This document shows, piece by piece, positions 41,401-56,400 of a DNA stretch of 64,000 bases. This DNA comes from Tubiluchus corallicola (lineage: Eukaryota > Animalia > Priapulida). The notes beneath the pieces are model-generated. The model made no database searches, was not told the origin of the DNA, and was given only the letters and a program-made list of their open reading frames with translations. Position 1 is the first letter of the stretch. Each line of letters begins with the position of its first letter. Position numbers and translations under genes: made by a program. Location of the stretch: NCBI GenBank assembly GCA_030141605.1, contig JAQGDQ010000053.1:1-64000 (forward strand). Direction: 5' to 3'.

Positions 41401-44400
41401 TTAATAATATTTTGCATCTTCTTGGCTTGATAAGTTGCATTTTTCTAAATTCCATGCTCTGTCAGAGTCTGTACTTTAGACTCTAAACATCTAAACATTT
41501 AAATGACTATTTTAATATTAAAAATTATGTACCTGGTAATAATTTTTCGTGGTACTTAACCATGAAAATAAGTGTCATCAGTCTAGTTAATATTCACTAA
41601 TAATGGCCAATACTCAAGTGCAAGTTTTTAATTTTTTTGGTAACAAATTAAACTAAACTGAACTTTTCCTAAGAATTTTGGAATATCTTATTAAGTTTTA
41701 CTTAGTAGATTTGCTTTCTGGTAAAATTTTGTAAAGTTTGCAAATCATAAAGCAAATATTAATGTACCTTGCTAGCTTATGTGCAAGGATGCATTTCCTT
41801 TGAGCAAGTAATGAATTTCCTGCCCTGCAAGTAGATTCGTTTACTGTATACAGCAGCTGCAGAGACTAAACCATTTTCATTCCATAATGGAAAAGTGTTT
41901 ACGTAAAATCGAAATGCTATAATGTCAGAGTCATTTTTTTAATTTTTATGTCAGCATAACAAAGTCTGTTGAATAGTTCTTAAAGCTGTGTATCAGCAAT
42001 AGTTTTACTGTGATTTAAAAAACTTCTCCTAGCAATTTTTTTAAATTAGCAAATTCTGGTTAATAGCAAACAAACTTACAGTATTAACATACAGTTTACA
42101 CCCACAAGCAATTAGGTTCAGTGTTCCACAATATAAGCATGGGTCAGTAGCTCGGAAAAATAGTTATTATTATTATTATTTTCATAAAATAATACTTTAT
42201 TTTTACTAACTATTGCTTTATGCACTATTAGTTTTTTGCCCGTGTTTTATAAAATGAAAGTGTACTAGCAGAACTCTTCTGCATTATATTGTATTAATGT
42301 ATGTTGACAAATTAATTAAGTAACAGAATGTGACTGATACTCTTACTTTTTAGTATATGTAATGTGTTTTTGTATAATCTTGTGTAGATACACTCAAAGA
42401 ATGAATGGTGTGCAACAGTAGCAAGATGGTGATTCGCTAAGATGCACAGGAGCCACTCATATTTCCACTCATGATAAAGAAGATATACGTCTACATGTTT
42501 TCGCTGAACGCTTAAGTATATTATACACTAATGTCCAATACTCTACAGTATTATTGGACTCAGTATTTCTCCACTAATTGTAACTATACCCTTAAAACAT
42601 TATAAATGTGATTGTAATCTTCTTTTACATTATAGTTGTGTTTTTCTAATAGACATGACTGTTGGACTGACATGTTCTTCTTTGTGTGATAAGGCATATA
42701 AGATAGTGTCATAGTCTCACATTTCGTTTATCTACATTTATTATGCAACTCTGGAATGGGTCACTTTACTTTTGGGTGGCCTGTACATCACTTGGTTGTC
42801 TTTTCAACTTGTACAAGTCTTCTTGGTCAATTTATTGTACTGTATCTTTTTTTTTTGTTATGGCTAAAATAAATATCAAATTATGCTCTGTTGCTCAGTG
42901 ATTTCACAGGATTGATGACTTTGGTGACTATTCGAAAATTTGTAAGTCCAACAATTGACAAGCGTGTGCCAAAAGTTCACCGAACAGTAACAAAACATTC
43001 GTGAGTGTTCACCATAGTCACAAAAAGGTTGCCAGCTTTGGAAATTTTTTTAAAATGCTTGAAGTTTATAGACAGAGTTACAAAACTCGCCTCATTGCCA
43101 AAACTGTTATAAAGTTGTCGTAACATGCGCTAACTGTTCACAGATTTGTCACGAAATATTCGTGATGTTCGTCAACAATTTCAGAATATGCAAAAACTTG
43201 GAAACATTTTGCAACGCCTTTGGGAATGTTGCGACAACCTTGCGACTGTTTTTTTACAATTTTACAATATTCGCCTAGAAAAAAGCTCAAGATTCACAAA
43301 AATGCCAACAATCGCATGTATGACTTTCAACAAAACACAGTCCTAGGAATATTTTGACAACTGTTGGACTTTTTCGATTGTCCCCATGAAACCTTGGTTT
43401 TATATGATATATCCGAAATGAAATAATTCACATTAGGGTGACTTTATGGAATGAAGAGCCAGTTTTCATAATGGCATCATGCAACCTGTTATGTAGACTC
43501 TACACAGTGCTGGAATAAGAAATCAGAATTAAGACTTCATTGTGTCCAATAACTTGTAATGAATCGTTCAGACTAAAGGGTTTCTCTCAAGAGTTCTCTT
43601 GAGACTTCTTGCAGTGAATAAAGCTTGTCTCCAAGAAACTCGCAACAGAACTTTCAGCAACTCTCATTTGTGACAACTTGCTGTGCTGAGAGAACTTGCA
43701 AAGCCATTCACATTTTGGAGTTTACTCTCAGAAAGAACTCTTGAGAGAAAATTCTGTAGAACATGCCGTAAGAAAAATGTTATTGATAACTAATTTGTGA
43801 ACTGTTAAACGAGTGACAGCTGGATTAGCTATGTCATGTAAGAGATTTTACTGGACATGTTGTTAGAACGGAATTGACGACGTGGTAATAAACATTCTTT
43901 GTATTGCTAAAACAAGACAAAAAACAAATGTGAAAAAACGTGGTGTGTTATGACATCACATGTGTGAATACGGACTTGCACATTACATACCAAGCTTTCT
44001 TATTAGCAGTCGGTTTAATCGACCAAACAGCAGAACGGAATCACAGATTTTCATTTGGAATTTTGGTGTAAAAGACAGGACACACAACACACAGAGTTAA
44101 AATGATTTTTTAATGTTTTGGGTAGGCTAGAAGTTAAATGTGATACATCAACTCAGAAACCATTTCGATTACTTATGGATAACTTTCTGACTTTTACTTA
44201 ATCTGTATAACATTTTGTAGAGAATCTGAATCTCAGAAGGCTGTTTTGCAGTTTATAATAAAATCTTGTAAATAACGATTCTTAATTTTTCCAACAAAAT
44301 GAGTGCATTATATCTTGCTATATTAACAACTATTTAATATCTGATGCATGAGGTCACACTGCAGGAATGAATATGATGAATATATGATGCTCTTAACAAC

Positions 44401-47400
44401 TGGCAGTAAACATTAAACCTTAGTCAAACCTTTTCATACCATGTACTTTGGGACTGCAAAAAAGTTGGTGGAGGTGCATTAATACATACATGTCTATACG
44501 AATATTTACATTTTGTTTTGGAAAAATAGGTTAAGCGAGATTGGTGTTATAAGGTAGTATAACAAGGTTTGACTGTAGTTCATTTGTGTGCAGAAGGCTC
44601 AACCAATGTTGTATATAAATTTCTGTAAAATGTACTTAGAAAGTTAGGACTTTCTTGATTTCCTTGAATGTAAAACAGCAAAAACAACGACCCAAACTCA
44701 ACAACACTATTTATTAAAAGTAGTCATAAAAGGCTGCAAAAAAGAATTGTCCACAAACTTGGAATTAGTGGAATGTTTGTGAAAAAAATGCAGATGTCGT
44801 AGCAATGACGGATGCAGGCAATCAGCATTTTCTCAATTGGAAAATACAGAATTAATATTCAAAACTATATCCTTCACATTTCAATCAGTGCACTTCCTGT
44901 ATCCGTAACAAAAAACAGACCTGTGCTAGCCCCTAGGCCTCCAAAAACATCATTGCACCTATGACACCCATCATAGAACAAGCTTTCAGAATATTTATGG
45001 TATAAATGTTAGCAGTTCTGTTTCTTGTGTCTTACATTGATAACTTTGTAAAAAACTGTTAAAAATGCTAGAAATTTTTTCGTTGTCATACGTTTTAAAA
45101 GTACAGTACAGTATATGTACTTGAATGTGGATATGGGTGGGCACTATTGCACTTTCACAGCTACTAGTTTTTAAGCTAGGATTTGCATCACTGTTTCAAT
45201 TATTTTCAAAGATACACATGCAATAGAACTTCTGTGTGTACTTTTTGGCAGCTCTTTAGCTTTCAAACAAATCCAAGACTATGAAATGTTTGAGATTGTC
45301 AGATATACGCAAGCTTTCTGCCTCGATACACTAAATCAGGCAGTCATATTCGAGTCATAAATCTCTTAAATTTAGCTCCGCAATATTACATGATTAGACC
45401 CATGATAACATTGTCCAACTGCTCTACTATAATTTTTTAGAGTTAAAAAACTTTTGATCGATTTTGCATGATTTGAATTTTTAGTATTAAATTTAGCTGC
45501 ACCAGCAATACCATTAAATGCAGAATACAGCGAGTACTTGAACCTAACACGTCTAGTGGCTCACCAATTTTGGAGATATCCTAATCGAATTTAATCACAC
45601 GTTTACTGCCAATTCGCATCGAACTTTTAAATTTTCAGATTTGAAGCTAGCCCTAATGTGTTAGCTGTTTATTTTTAACGTGGCTAATTTTTACTATACT
45701 TTTCACCAGTTATATGCAGATTCACAAACCATAACTTACCTGTTTCTCTTGCAGCACATTGTAGTAAACACCTGTTTAGGTAAGTGTTGCCATCTGTACC
45801 ACATACTTTACGCACATGCCGAGGACATTTACAAGGTTTTGTAGTTGTTATTTTTGGCTTTAGAGTTGTTCTAATGCAAGGGCCCCTGTGCGCAATTTTT
45901 AGTCCATGTCGACCTAGCAAAAAAGCGAAAGTATGTAGAAAAGTTAAGAGTGAATATATAAAATAGTTTTGCTTATGAATAAAATCACATCATAAAGGTA
46001 TTAAAGTACAGTGGGTGTACTGAATTTGAGACCCACCTGATTCAATAGCTTCACATTTTAACAGACAAGGATTTTGATACGTTTGTCCATCCGTTCCACA
46101 AACTCTTTGCAGACGTCTGTTGCAAACACAAGGGCGAGGCGTTGTTACCTTTCGACATTCTCCTTGGTATGCTACATACAAATTTTTATTTCCTACAAGC
46201 AAAAATACAGTACCATATATTTTTACCTAATCAAGCTACAACGAAAACAAAAAATCAATTGCGAATTATAGCACTACACCATGTGCAACATTGAAAACTG
46301 TTCTAAATCAGCATAAATAGCATTTATGAAATGACATTTCTAGGATGCCAATCTTCAAATAACAACTTGAGGTAACACACTTATGATTCGATGGATTTAA
46401 CAACATCATAAAATTATGAACATTTCTGGAGATACATAGATCATTACTTAGGCTTAATCAAAAACAAATCCATTAACTAATAGCAAAATTGTAAAATGGT
46501 TAAAATGTGTGTTAGGATCAAAGTGTAAGGACTGATTAAATAAAAACAAAATGTCATTTTATTTTACCTGATTCCCGCCTAGCACAATCAAGGAAACATT
46601 TATTAGGATAGGTTTTGCCATCGGTTCCACAAACATTTCTTATGTATCGAGGACAAGTGCAAGGTTCTGGAGTTGTGCTCACACCACATCTGCCTTCATA
46701 TGCAACTTGTAGACTTGGATCTAGAAATGCAACAGACAATTATAACAGCATGAACTGATAATATAAAATACATCATGAAAATATTCTGAACAGAAACTGA
46801 TAAGCCCAGAACTCCAGAAAAGCAAGTTATGTGGTATATACTAAACCCTTGGAATAATTGTTAATATGTGTAAGGAATACCTCAATGCTTCATTATATAA
46901 AATTATACCTGTTTCTTCTCTTGCACAATCTAGCCAGCACTCATTTAGGTATGTTTTGCCATCAGTACCACAGACTTTGCTAACATGACGAGGACACGTA
47001 CAAGGTTTGGGTGTAGGAGGGAGACATGGGCCTTTGTAAGCAACCCCAAGGCCAAAGTTTTCTGAAAAAAAATATTACTTATGAAATGAAGAAACACTAA
47101 CATTTTTACACTTTGAAAGCAATGTACTGACCTGAAGAATACTTTACTTTAATAATTCACAAGAATATGATGTCAAAACTAATCGAAATATCAATTCCGG
47201 AAAAAATATTTTTCAAAACAAATGATGGATAAATCTCAATGGTCTATTGTTTTGCAGCAGTTATAAAAAGTTAAATAAGATCAGTTTCCTACTTGTTATT
47301 CCTAGTTTTACCATTGTACTTTTGGAATTATTAATACATGAAATAGTTAATTGAGTTCAGACAACAAATTTGATACTTGCAAAATGGTTAAACGTATCTA

Positions 47401-50400
47401 AATCTTAAAGTGAACTTGCTCAAGCGTTTGCTTGCAAATGATTTTCTGACTTCATGGCTGCTCATTTTCATGGTAAATATCGTATCACCTTAAACATATA
47501 CAACCATTCTTACCAGGTTCCTCAGCAGCACAGTACAATAAGCATTCATTCATGTAAGTCTGACCATCTGTTCCGCATACACGATTGATGTGTCGAGGGC
47601 ATGTACAGGGTTTCTTGGTGGTGACAACATCACACGCACCATGATAAGCTACTTGTAGTTTAAAATTACCTGCAAAATTTGACTTTTTTAAAGTCTAAAG
47701 TAAATAAAAAAGAAATAAGCATGGGGTAGATATTCTGCTCGGTCGTATAACATGTAATAGCAATTTAACAGCGGCACCACGAAATGAAAATGTTTAGATA
47801 AAACTATTGTAAAATGCAGCCTTAATGCAAAAAATGTACAAGGCAATTATTTATCAGTGAATGCATATAATTGTGTTTGTGCTTATATACAGTGGTAAGT
47901 TACATGATAAAATAGTTTAAACATATGTACAGTAAAGAGGTGAAAAATAAAAAAATGATAACTGTGATAAGCTTTACTGTATAATGCATTTCTACCTGTC
48001 TCTTCACGGGCACAGTCCAGTAAACATTCATTCATATATGTCTGTCCATCGGTGCCACACACCCTATCTACATGTCGTGGACAAGTGCATACTGGCGTTA
48101 CAATACAAGGGCCATTATAAGCAACTTGCAGATCTGGTGGACCTATAAAACAATTATGCCACTACAATATGATTGTCAGTACATACTGTTAATCATACGT
48201 AAGGTGTTAAAAATAACATATACAAGGTTTTAAATATGCAAACAATGATACCACTCTGCATAAAAAACTGTGATTCAGGTCTTGCCAAAACCATCTGTTC
48301 TACATTAAGTAAGCCTTGCTGCTGCATGTTGGACATCACTTGTAAACTGCAGAAAGAAGTTAGTAACTCTTACCTAAATACAAGTGACACTTGGACAATA
48401 AATTAATAATGTTCATGCATAATAATTCTGTATTTAAGCATCTTTATGGTAATTTAGTTGACTGCACATTTTGCTTTACTGATCTTGTACCTGTTTCCTC
48501 CCGAGCACATCCCAGTTTGCACTCATTAAGATAAGTCTGACCATCAGTACCACAGACTTTCCTAATGTGACGAGGACAAATGCATGGTTTTGGTGTTGGA
48601 GGTCCACACGAACCTTCATATGCAACCTGTAGACTTGTGTCTCCTAACAGATATAATAAAAGCGGCCGTTTAGCACAATGATTTGTAAGAAGTTTCAAAG
48701 TGACAACAAATGTTTGTGGATTAAATTGCAAGGCTTTATGATATAAAAAAATAAAAAATGCTACATGCCTGTTTCTTCCCTAGCACATTTTAGCTTGCAT
48801 TTGTTCAGATATGTTTTGCCATCAGTTCCACAAATTTGCTGGATATTTCGTGGGCAGATACAGGGTTCTGGTGGTGGGCCTTCATCACAGCTGCCTTCAA
48901 ATGCTACTGCAAGTCCCTCATTGCCTACGAATGAAAATTAAAATAGCATTTCTATGAAAATGAAATGCCAGTAAAATTTTCAACAATGTAAATAAAACAT
49001 AATAAAAACCAAAGCTTTGATGAAGTTAAAATACTAATAACAACAAGTACTTGAAAAAACTCTATCTCTATCTGATTAACTAGAATTTTAAGCACATAAC
49101 GATTGAAAAACTTTACACTCAGAAATTCTACAAATGTATTAAGTCTTGATAATAAATACCTAATAAATATAGTGTTGTATGCATAATGAATAGTAGACAA
49201 TAATCATATCCATACCTGGTTTTTGTGCTTCGCACTCTAATGCGCATTCATTAATGTAAGTTTGTCCATCTGAACCACACACTTTACGTACGTAACGAGG
49301 GCAGGTGCAAGGTTTGGATGTTGTCACGAGACCACATTCTCCTTGATATGCCACAGTCAGAGTTGCATCACCTGCAAAATGTGAAATGTTATCAAACGAA
49401 AGTGTCACTAGCTCTTTTCAAAATTTTCAGAAATTGTTTTGAAAAAATTTAAATCAGAACTAACTTAACATAAAAACAAAAGTCAAAGTGCATTTAAATT
49501 ACAATTTTGTTCAGTTTGTCATTCATCCAGCAAGACGACTTCTAACAATTATGTCAGAGTACTGCATACTGCTAAAGTCATATAAACATACCAGCTTCCC
49601 GTGCTGCACATTCAAGCATACAGTCATTTAGGTAAGTATTGCCATCTGTTCCACAAACTCTGCGAATGAATCTCGGACAAAGGCAAGGAGGCGGAGTAGT
49701 TGCTCTTACACATTCACCATAATGGGCGACCTGAAGTGATGTGTCACCTGGCAAACAAAAGCATGAATTCAAACAGAAGGTTTTTTTTTACTTCCTACAA
49801 ATATAACATGCTTGATTTTTCGTCAAATTTGTGGGTTTTATTTTAATATTGTGCTAAAGACAATTATTTCTAGTTTGTAAAAATAAAGCAAAATATCTAA
49901 TATGTTATCGTTTTATTAAGCTGTACGTCTGAGAATTTTTCTCAAAGGCATAAACACTGCAACTGTGTGGCTAACATGCACTACGTTAATAAAATGTTTA
50001 ATAAACGCTTGTTAACGAAATTTTTACTTTGAACTGTTTAGGCAGCAGACAAATATACCTGTTTCTTCTCGTGCACAGTTTAGCAGGCATTCATTCAGGT
50101 ATGTCTCATCATCCGTTCCGCAAACATAGTCCACTACTCTCTGGCAAACACATGGAGGTGGAACCGGATCACAGACGCCAAAGTGATCCACTTGTAATGA
50201 AGCATCGTTGTTATCTCTAGCCACGCACTCCAGGTAACATTCATTCTGGTATGTGAGTCCATCGGTTCCACACACATAGTCTACTATTCTTGTACATGTG
50301 CACGGTGCTGGTGTTACACCGCATTCGCCTTTGTAAGCTATTTCTAAATCATCATTACCTGAGTGAAAAACCATTAAAACAGAATGAGAATATTAATTAA

Positions 50401-53400
50401 AGAACTTTACTTAAGTAACAACACCAATAAGCTGCTGATGCCATAACTGATGAGAAGTAAGAAACAGGTTTCATTAGCTATGATTTTAAATCTGCTTTCA
50501 ACTTTATAACATTAGTCGAAACTTCAGTATTGCTCATGATGTTACTACTCAGAAAAGTCTTTTTTTGTAGTTCATAGTTAGGAAGAAATAAATTTAGGTA
50601 AACTACGATAAGTTTGCGTAAGTACCCGAGAAAATGTACAGAATGCATGTATAGAAAAAATATTGCCTGTAGTGTGTTGAGATATGTCTCGTCAGTTTAG
50701 TCCTGTTTAATGCACCCACACCACATTAAATAAATTAAGTTTGCAACCAAAACGAAACTGCTGTCTTGTGTGGACATCCACATGTTGTTCTGAAACATAA
50801 TGCTATAGAATTTATAAGTCAGTAATGGATTCATAATTTTGGTGTCTTCTATTATGCTGCCACATGGAATTTCTCCTACAAAGCCAAAAAGTAGAGCAAA
50901 CTTATATCAAGGATTGGTTCAAGGCATAAAGGAAATCGCTGCCACTCTCTTTGTTTTAATCTGTCAAGTTCTCTATGTGTCAGAGTTATGATGCTATATG
51001 AACAAATAAATTGTGCTCTTACTTTCATACAAGAAATACAAAAGGTTATGAAACATTAACAGTCTATAATCTACCTTATGCAGTAGAAAATTCTCTACTC
51101 TGAGATTCATTTACATTGTACAACATATGAAAAATACAGAAATAAATAATCAAAAAATGCACACTGTTTACTCATTACCTGTCTCTTCTCTGGCACATTT
51201 TAGGCTACATGGATTCAAATAAGTTTCACCATCAGTTCCACATACATACTCAACAACTCTGTAGCATTTGCAGGGTGGTGGTCCCACATCAGAATCACAG
51301 CCACCAAAATGAGCTACATCGAGAGATGGATCACTTGTTTCACGGGCTGTGCACTGCAAGTAGCATTCATTCAAGTATGTACGTCCATCCGTTCCACAAA
51401 CATAGTCTATAATACCACGGCAAATGCAAGGGGGTGCAGATGTCACAGCTGCACACTCACCTATGTATGCTACAGCCAGCGAAGAGTCACCTGGAATACC
51501 CAGAAATACAGACTTGCCAAAAATTTGTTGATAAGATTCCACGAAGTAATTTGATTTTGGGATTAAATAGTCTAGAAGCCTGAAACATGAATGGTGACAT
51601 CAGAAAAGTACTGCTACTAAGAATCAAAATAACAAAAATTACAAAAATATGCCATAAGAATGCTAAAATTAACAATGACACTACAAAGAACATTAATTAG
51701 TAGCAACAAAATAGCAACTTATAAAAAACTGAAATAGAAAATAATATATTTACAGTCTATTATAGGGCACAACAAGAGAAAGAAATTCATTTTCTGGTTG
51801 TCATCATTAATCAAAAATCACCAGCAGAATACTGTGTTTTTTGAGCTGATTTTGTACTATATGATGTTTGCAATTATTTTTTTCTTTCCATAAGTACAGT
51901 TATCCTGTCAGCCATTTTCGTGAATGGAAGCATTTTGACTGGTGAACAGTTTTTGAATAAACGTGATATTTTACGACTTAACAGTCCTTGCACAACTATC
52001 TTACCTGTCTCTTCTCTGGCACAATTCAACATGCACTCATTCTGATACGTCTCACCGTCAGTACCACAGACATATGCTACATGTCGTGAACAAACACAAG
52101 GTGGTGGAACAGGATCACATACACCATCCTTTGCAACCTGGAGAGTGGGTTCATTGTTTTCCCTAGCAGCACAGTCTAAATAACATTCGTTTTGGTAGGT
52201 GAGTCCATCGGTACCACAAACATAATCAACAATTCTAGGACAAGTACATGGTGCAGGCGTAGTCGTGGAAAAGCACTCGCCTTTATAAGCAATGTCTAGC
52301 TCAGTATTTCCTAAAAAAACATAAACGTAAAATTTAATTTATCAACAAAATGTCTATTCCTTATCATTTTAAGTACAAAAAAGTAAAATGCAAAAAATAT
52401 GGCCATGAGGGTATTGTGGAATTCCTAACCAGTTGGTTGGCCACCTTCCTCAATGACAAATCAGATTTACAATACAGATATGACGCACCATTTACAATAA
52501 GACTAACTTGTGTGACAAGTAAAAGAAACAAGAACTAGAATGGAAGCACTAATGGGCTTAGATCTGGCACACATCATGCAAAATGCCATACAGCTCTGAT
52601 ACTTCTGGTCTGACTTCCATTTATAAATGCAATTCCCTCCAGTAATGGGTAAGCTATAAAATTCATTGTGCTCATTATGAGACTAACAATGCGTATTATA
52701 ATTTTTTACGAAACAAAGGGATCCAGGACAACAGTAAGTAGTGTTCTAAATCTTATGGATCCATAATTTAGCATCAACCCACATCAGAATGAAAACAACA
52801 CAACAATGTAACAATCTAAGGGGCAGATCCACTTAAAGGGCAAGTTTGAGGGCCATTTTGAGAAAGCGAAAAATCGAACTCATTGTGGTATGTGCAATAA
52901 GCAGTCATAGTATCTTTATGCAAAACTTGAGCCTCCTATGATGAAATCTGATCAAAGAAAAATGTGAAAATGGCATAACTAAGAACTAGGGATTGCTGCA
53001 GCATGTTTCAAAATCAGTCAGTGTTGCAAGTATACTACCCGCCATTGCTCTACAAGCTAGTAACTAGTACTCAATGACACAAAGGCCTACTACTAGCTAT
53101 AATATATTGTTGGCACTAGACAGATTTCCCAAAATCTTTCACAAACCTGAATTACTTACCAGTTTCTTCTCGTGCACAATTCAGCATGCATTTATTCAGG
53201 TAAGTCTTGCCATCAGTTCCACACACGTAGTTTACTATTCTTTGGCACACACACGGTGGTGGAACTGGATCACAAACTCCAAAATGTGCGACTTCTAATG
53301 AGTCATCACCTGTAAATAAAGCATCAACGAAATTATAAATTTGGCAAATAGAACATCCATACAGTGAAGGCAATTATATCTGCTCTTGTCATTGAGAATC

Positions 53401-56400
53401 ATCTCCATGTTATTAGATCACCTGAAACGTTATTAGGATTCATAAAGAAGCAGCTGGAACAACCTATACAAATAGGGTAAGCATGTCGTAAAATAACAAA
53501 GTAGACATGACCTCTGTTACTATCAACTATACTAAAACTGAAAAAAATTATAAAGACGAATCTGGCCAATTAATTAAAATAAACTATACAACAGTCAAAA
53601 TTAGATTTTAAAAGTAATATAATAATATGTTCTATATGAATTTTCTTACCAGTTTGATCGCTTGCACATCCAAGGTAACATTCGCTTTGATACGTATTAC
53701 CATCAGTCCCACACACATATTCTATCACTTCAGGGCAAGTGCACTTCAAAGGTTCCTGGCCACAGGGGGCATAAAAATCTACCGTTAGGTTTGTATCTCC
53801 TGCAATTCACAAATAATGCATTTAAGGTCATTATTATAAATAGTATTCTTAGCAAAGTTGCAAAAACCTGCCTATTCAAGTTGTAGTATAGTCTTGTAAA
53901 AATATTTTCAGCACAGATAAAAGAATAAGTGCAATTGATATTATCTATAAAAAAAAATTATAGATGAGAGTGACCGAGAAAGGTATAAAAAAACCACGAA
54001 ATAACTCAGCCTTATGAAATAATTCCCTGATTATCTTTATATCAAATACAGTAGGTGCCATTTATTAGACTCACGGTTAATAGAATCAGTCACTTAATTA
54101 ACTTAAAAATGCCTGGTACGGGCCGCTCCTATGCAAATCTATATAAAAACTGCCGGTAATAGACTCAAATAACTCCGCATAATTAACTCAACATTTTTCC
54201 TTCACGTACTTAAAATAAGACATTATTGTGAGACCAAAGAGCTTTTACTACCTTTATGTCATCTCTACATTGCATTTGCTCTTCATAATATATGCAGAGA
54301 TACAGTCATGTTAAGTACAGCTTTGTTTGTAAACAGGTAAATTTATCATGTGCTAATATGCCAGCCTAGCGGTTTTGCTTTGAATCTGCCCCCCGCTTGT
54401 CCGCTGCAGTTAACCTGGTTGTTTCTGAAAGCTAACCGTTCAATCACTTGCCCATCAGTTAGCTTTTGAAGCTTTCGTTGCTTTTCACAGGAAAAAAGAG
54501 GTCATCACCAACTGCACCTCACGCAACAGATTTTCAATGTTTTTATCAGTATGAGAATTTCATAATGCAACTTCTTTGTGAAGAAATGAAGCAACCGACC
54601 TAGCAGGAGTTTTTGTAATTTTTAGTGGTAATAATCAGATTTCAGCATTTTTTATTTTCTTTTTTTATTAATTTACTTATATAAATTAATATTCTTAACT
54701 AATAATTGCACATAGGAATTTTGACATTAATTTGTTTCTAAAATCCGTTTGGAGCCTTTGCAATGCATACTAAGGTGATGAGCAACGACTCATACTCCTA
54801 TTAAGTAATGCTACACCCGTCAGCTAACTAAGTCAGCTAATTAAGTCAAAATACTTCTATCCCAAAGTGAGTCTATTAAGCAGTGCCTACTGTATACATT
54901 AAAATAGTTGTTTCCAAACGTTGCTTCAATTGTCAGTGTCAGTGAAGCTACAGGTATATTTATACCAAATAGCAACATTTGATGAAAATTTCATCATCAT
55001 AAACTAACCAGTTTCTCTAGCATGACATTCCAAGAAGCATTCGTTCAAATAAGTTTCTCCATCTACGCCACAAACATAATCAACAATTCGAGGACAGACA
55101 CAGGGTAATGCAGTAGTTTCTAATTCAGTTGTCTCAAATTGAGTGGTTTCAGCAAATTGAGTAGTTTCGACTGAAGATGTTTCAGCAAACTGAGTAGTTT
55201 CAGATGAAGTTGTTTCATCAAACTGAGTAGTTTCAGCTGAAGTTGTTTCAGCAAACTGAGTAGTTTCAGCTGAAGTTGTTTCAGCAAAAGTTTCTGTAGT
55301 ATATTCCGTCGTAATTTCGACTGTTGTGATTTGCTCAGTTTCTTCTGTTGTCTGACCAGGTTCCGTACATTGTCCAGAATAATCGACTGTCAAATTCAGT
55401 ATCCCTATGGAATAATTAACGTTTAAAATATACAAGCGCAAATTAAGAAAGGTTCAATAAAATTTAGTTTTCTCTAATCCTGTTGTACAAGCTAAAAAGT
55501 TTTACAGATGTGGTACCTACTGTAATACCTAAATTGAATACTAGCAGAGTTTTGTAGTAGTCTCCAATGAAATTTGGTCGTTTTGTCTTGTTTTCAAACA
55601 AAACCCACACATGACTCTATGGGTGAAAATTAGAAACAAACTAATTATCTGATTTCTGATTTCTACCATTATTATAATAACAGCATTCAATAATGACATG
55701 AGTTTGAAACATCAAAACTATGAGTTTACACTGATTGTGGATGTCAGTAGCTTTGTATTTAATTATCCTATTCCATTCAAACTTAGAACAACTGTTACTC
55801 ACCCGATAGCCTCCTAGCACAGTCCAACAAACAAGGGTTCTGATAGGTATATCCATCAGTTCCACACACAAAATCAACTTCTTCTGTACAATTACAGGGT
55901 TGAATGGTAGTAGGAGGTGAACAATCACCATAATATGCCAGTGTCAAATTGGTATTGCCTAAAGAAAAGTATAAATCTTTAATACTAATACTAATTCACT
56001 GTTGATTCAATTAGAATTAAACGTTCAGTAATTACTGTTTTCTAATTGACTTCTGAAAATAAAAAGAGTAGAATATTCATCATTACATACATACTATGCA
56101 GCTACTTAAGTACATACACTGTACAAGTACATTATAAATTTTTCGAATTTCTGTGCACTCTGGTTTCATTACAAAAGTTGTTGGCAACAATTCTAATAAT
56201 TTGTTGGTTCATCTGATAAGTGCACAAGAGTAGTTAAAATTATCTCAAACAATGGCTATACTGGTCATGATAGCAGAAGATGTTTTACTAGAAAGCCAAT
56301 AGCTCAAATGAATTATAACCCAGAGAGTCAATGTTAGAAACAGTTCTGATAATCTGAGGAGCGTATCAAGACATTGCGACTCCCTAGACTGACAGTGATC

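Noticed and set aside
41768-41824. Exon-like segment (cttgcag...AAG|gtacat, - strand) as an alternative terminal Kazal exon
   Set aside because: Lacks the L-x-V-A-Y-x-G-x-C motif; the phase-1 reading stops without a Cys.
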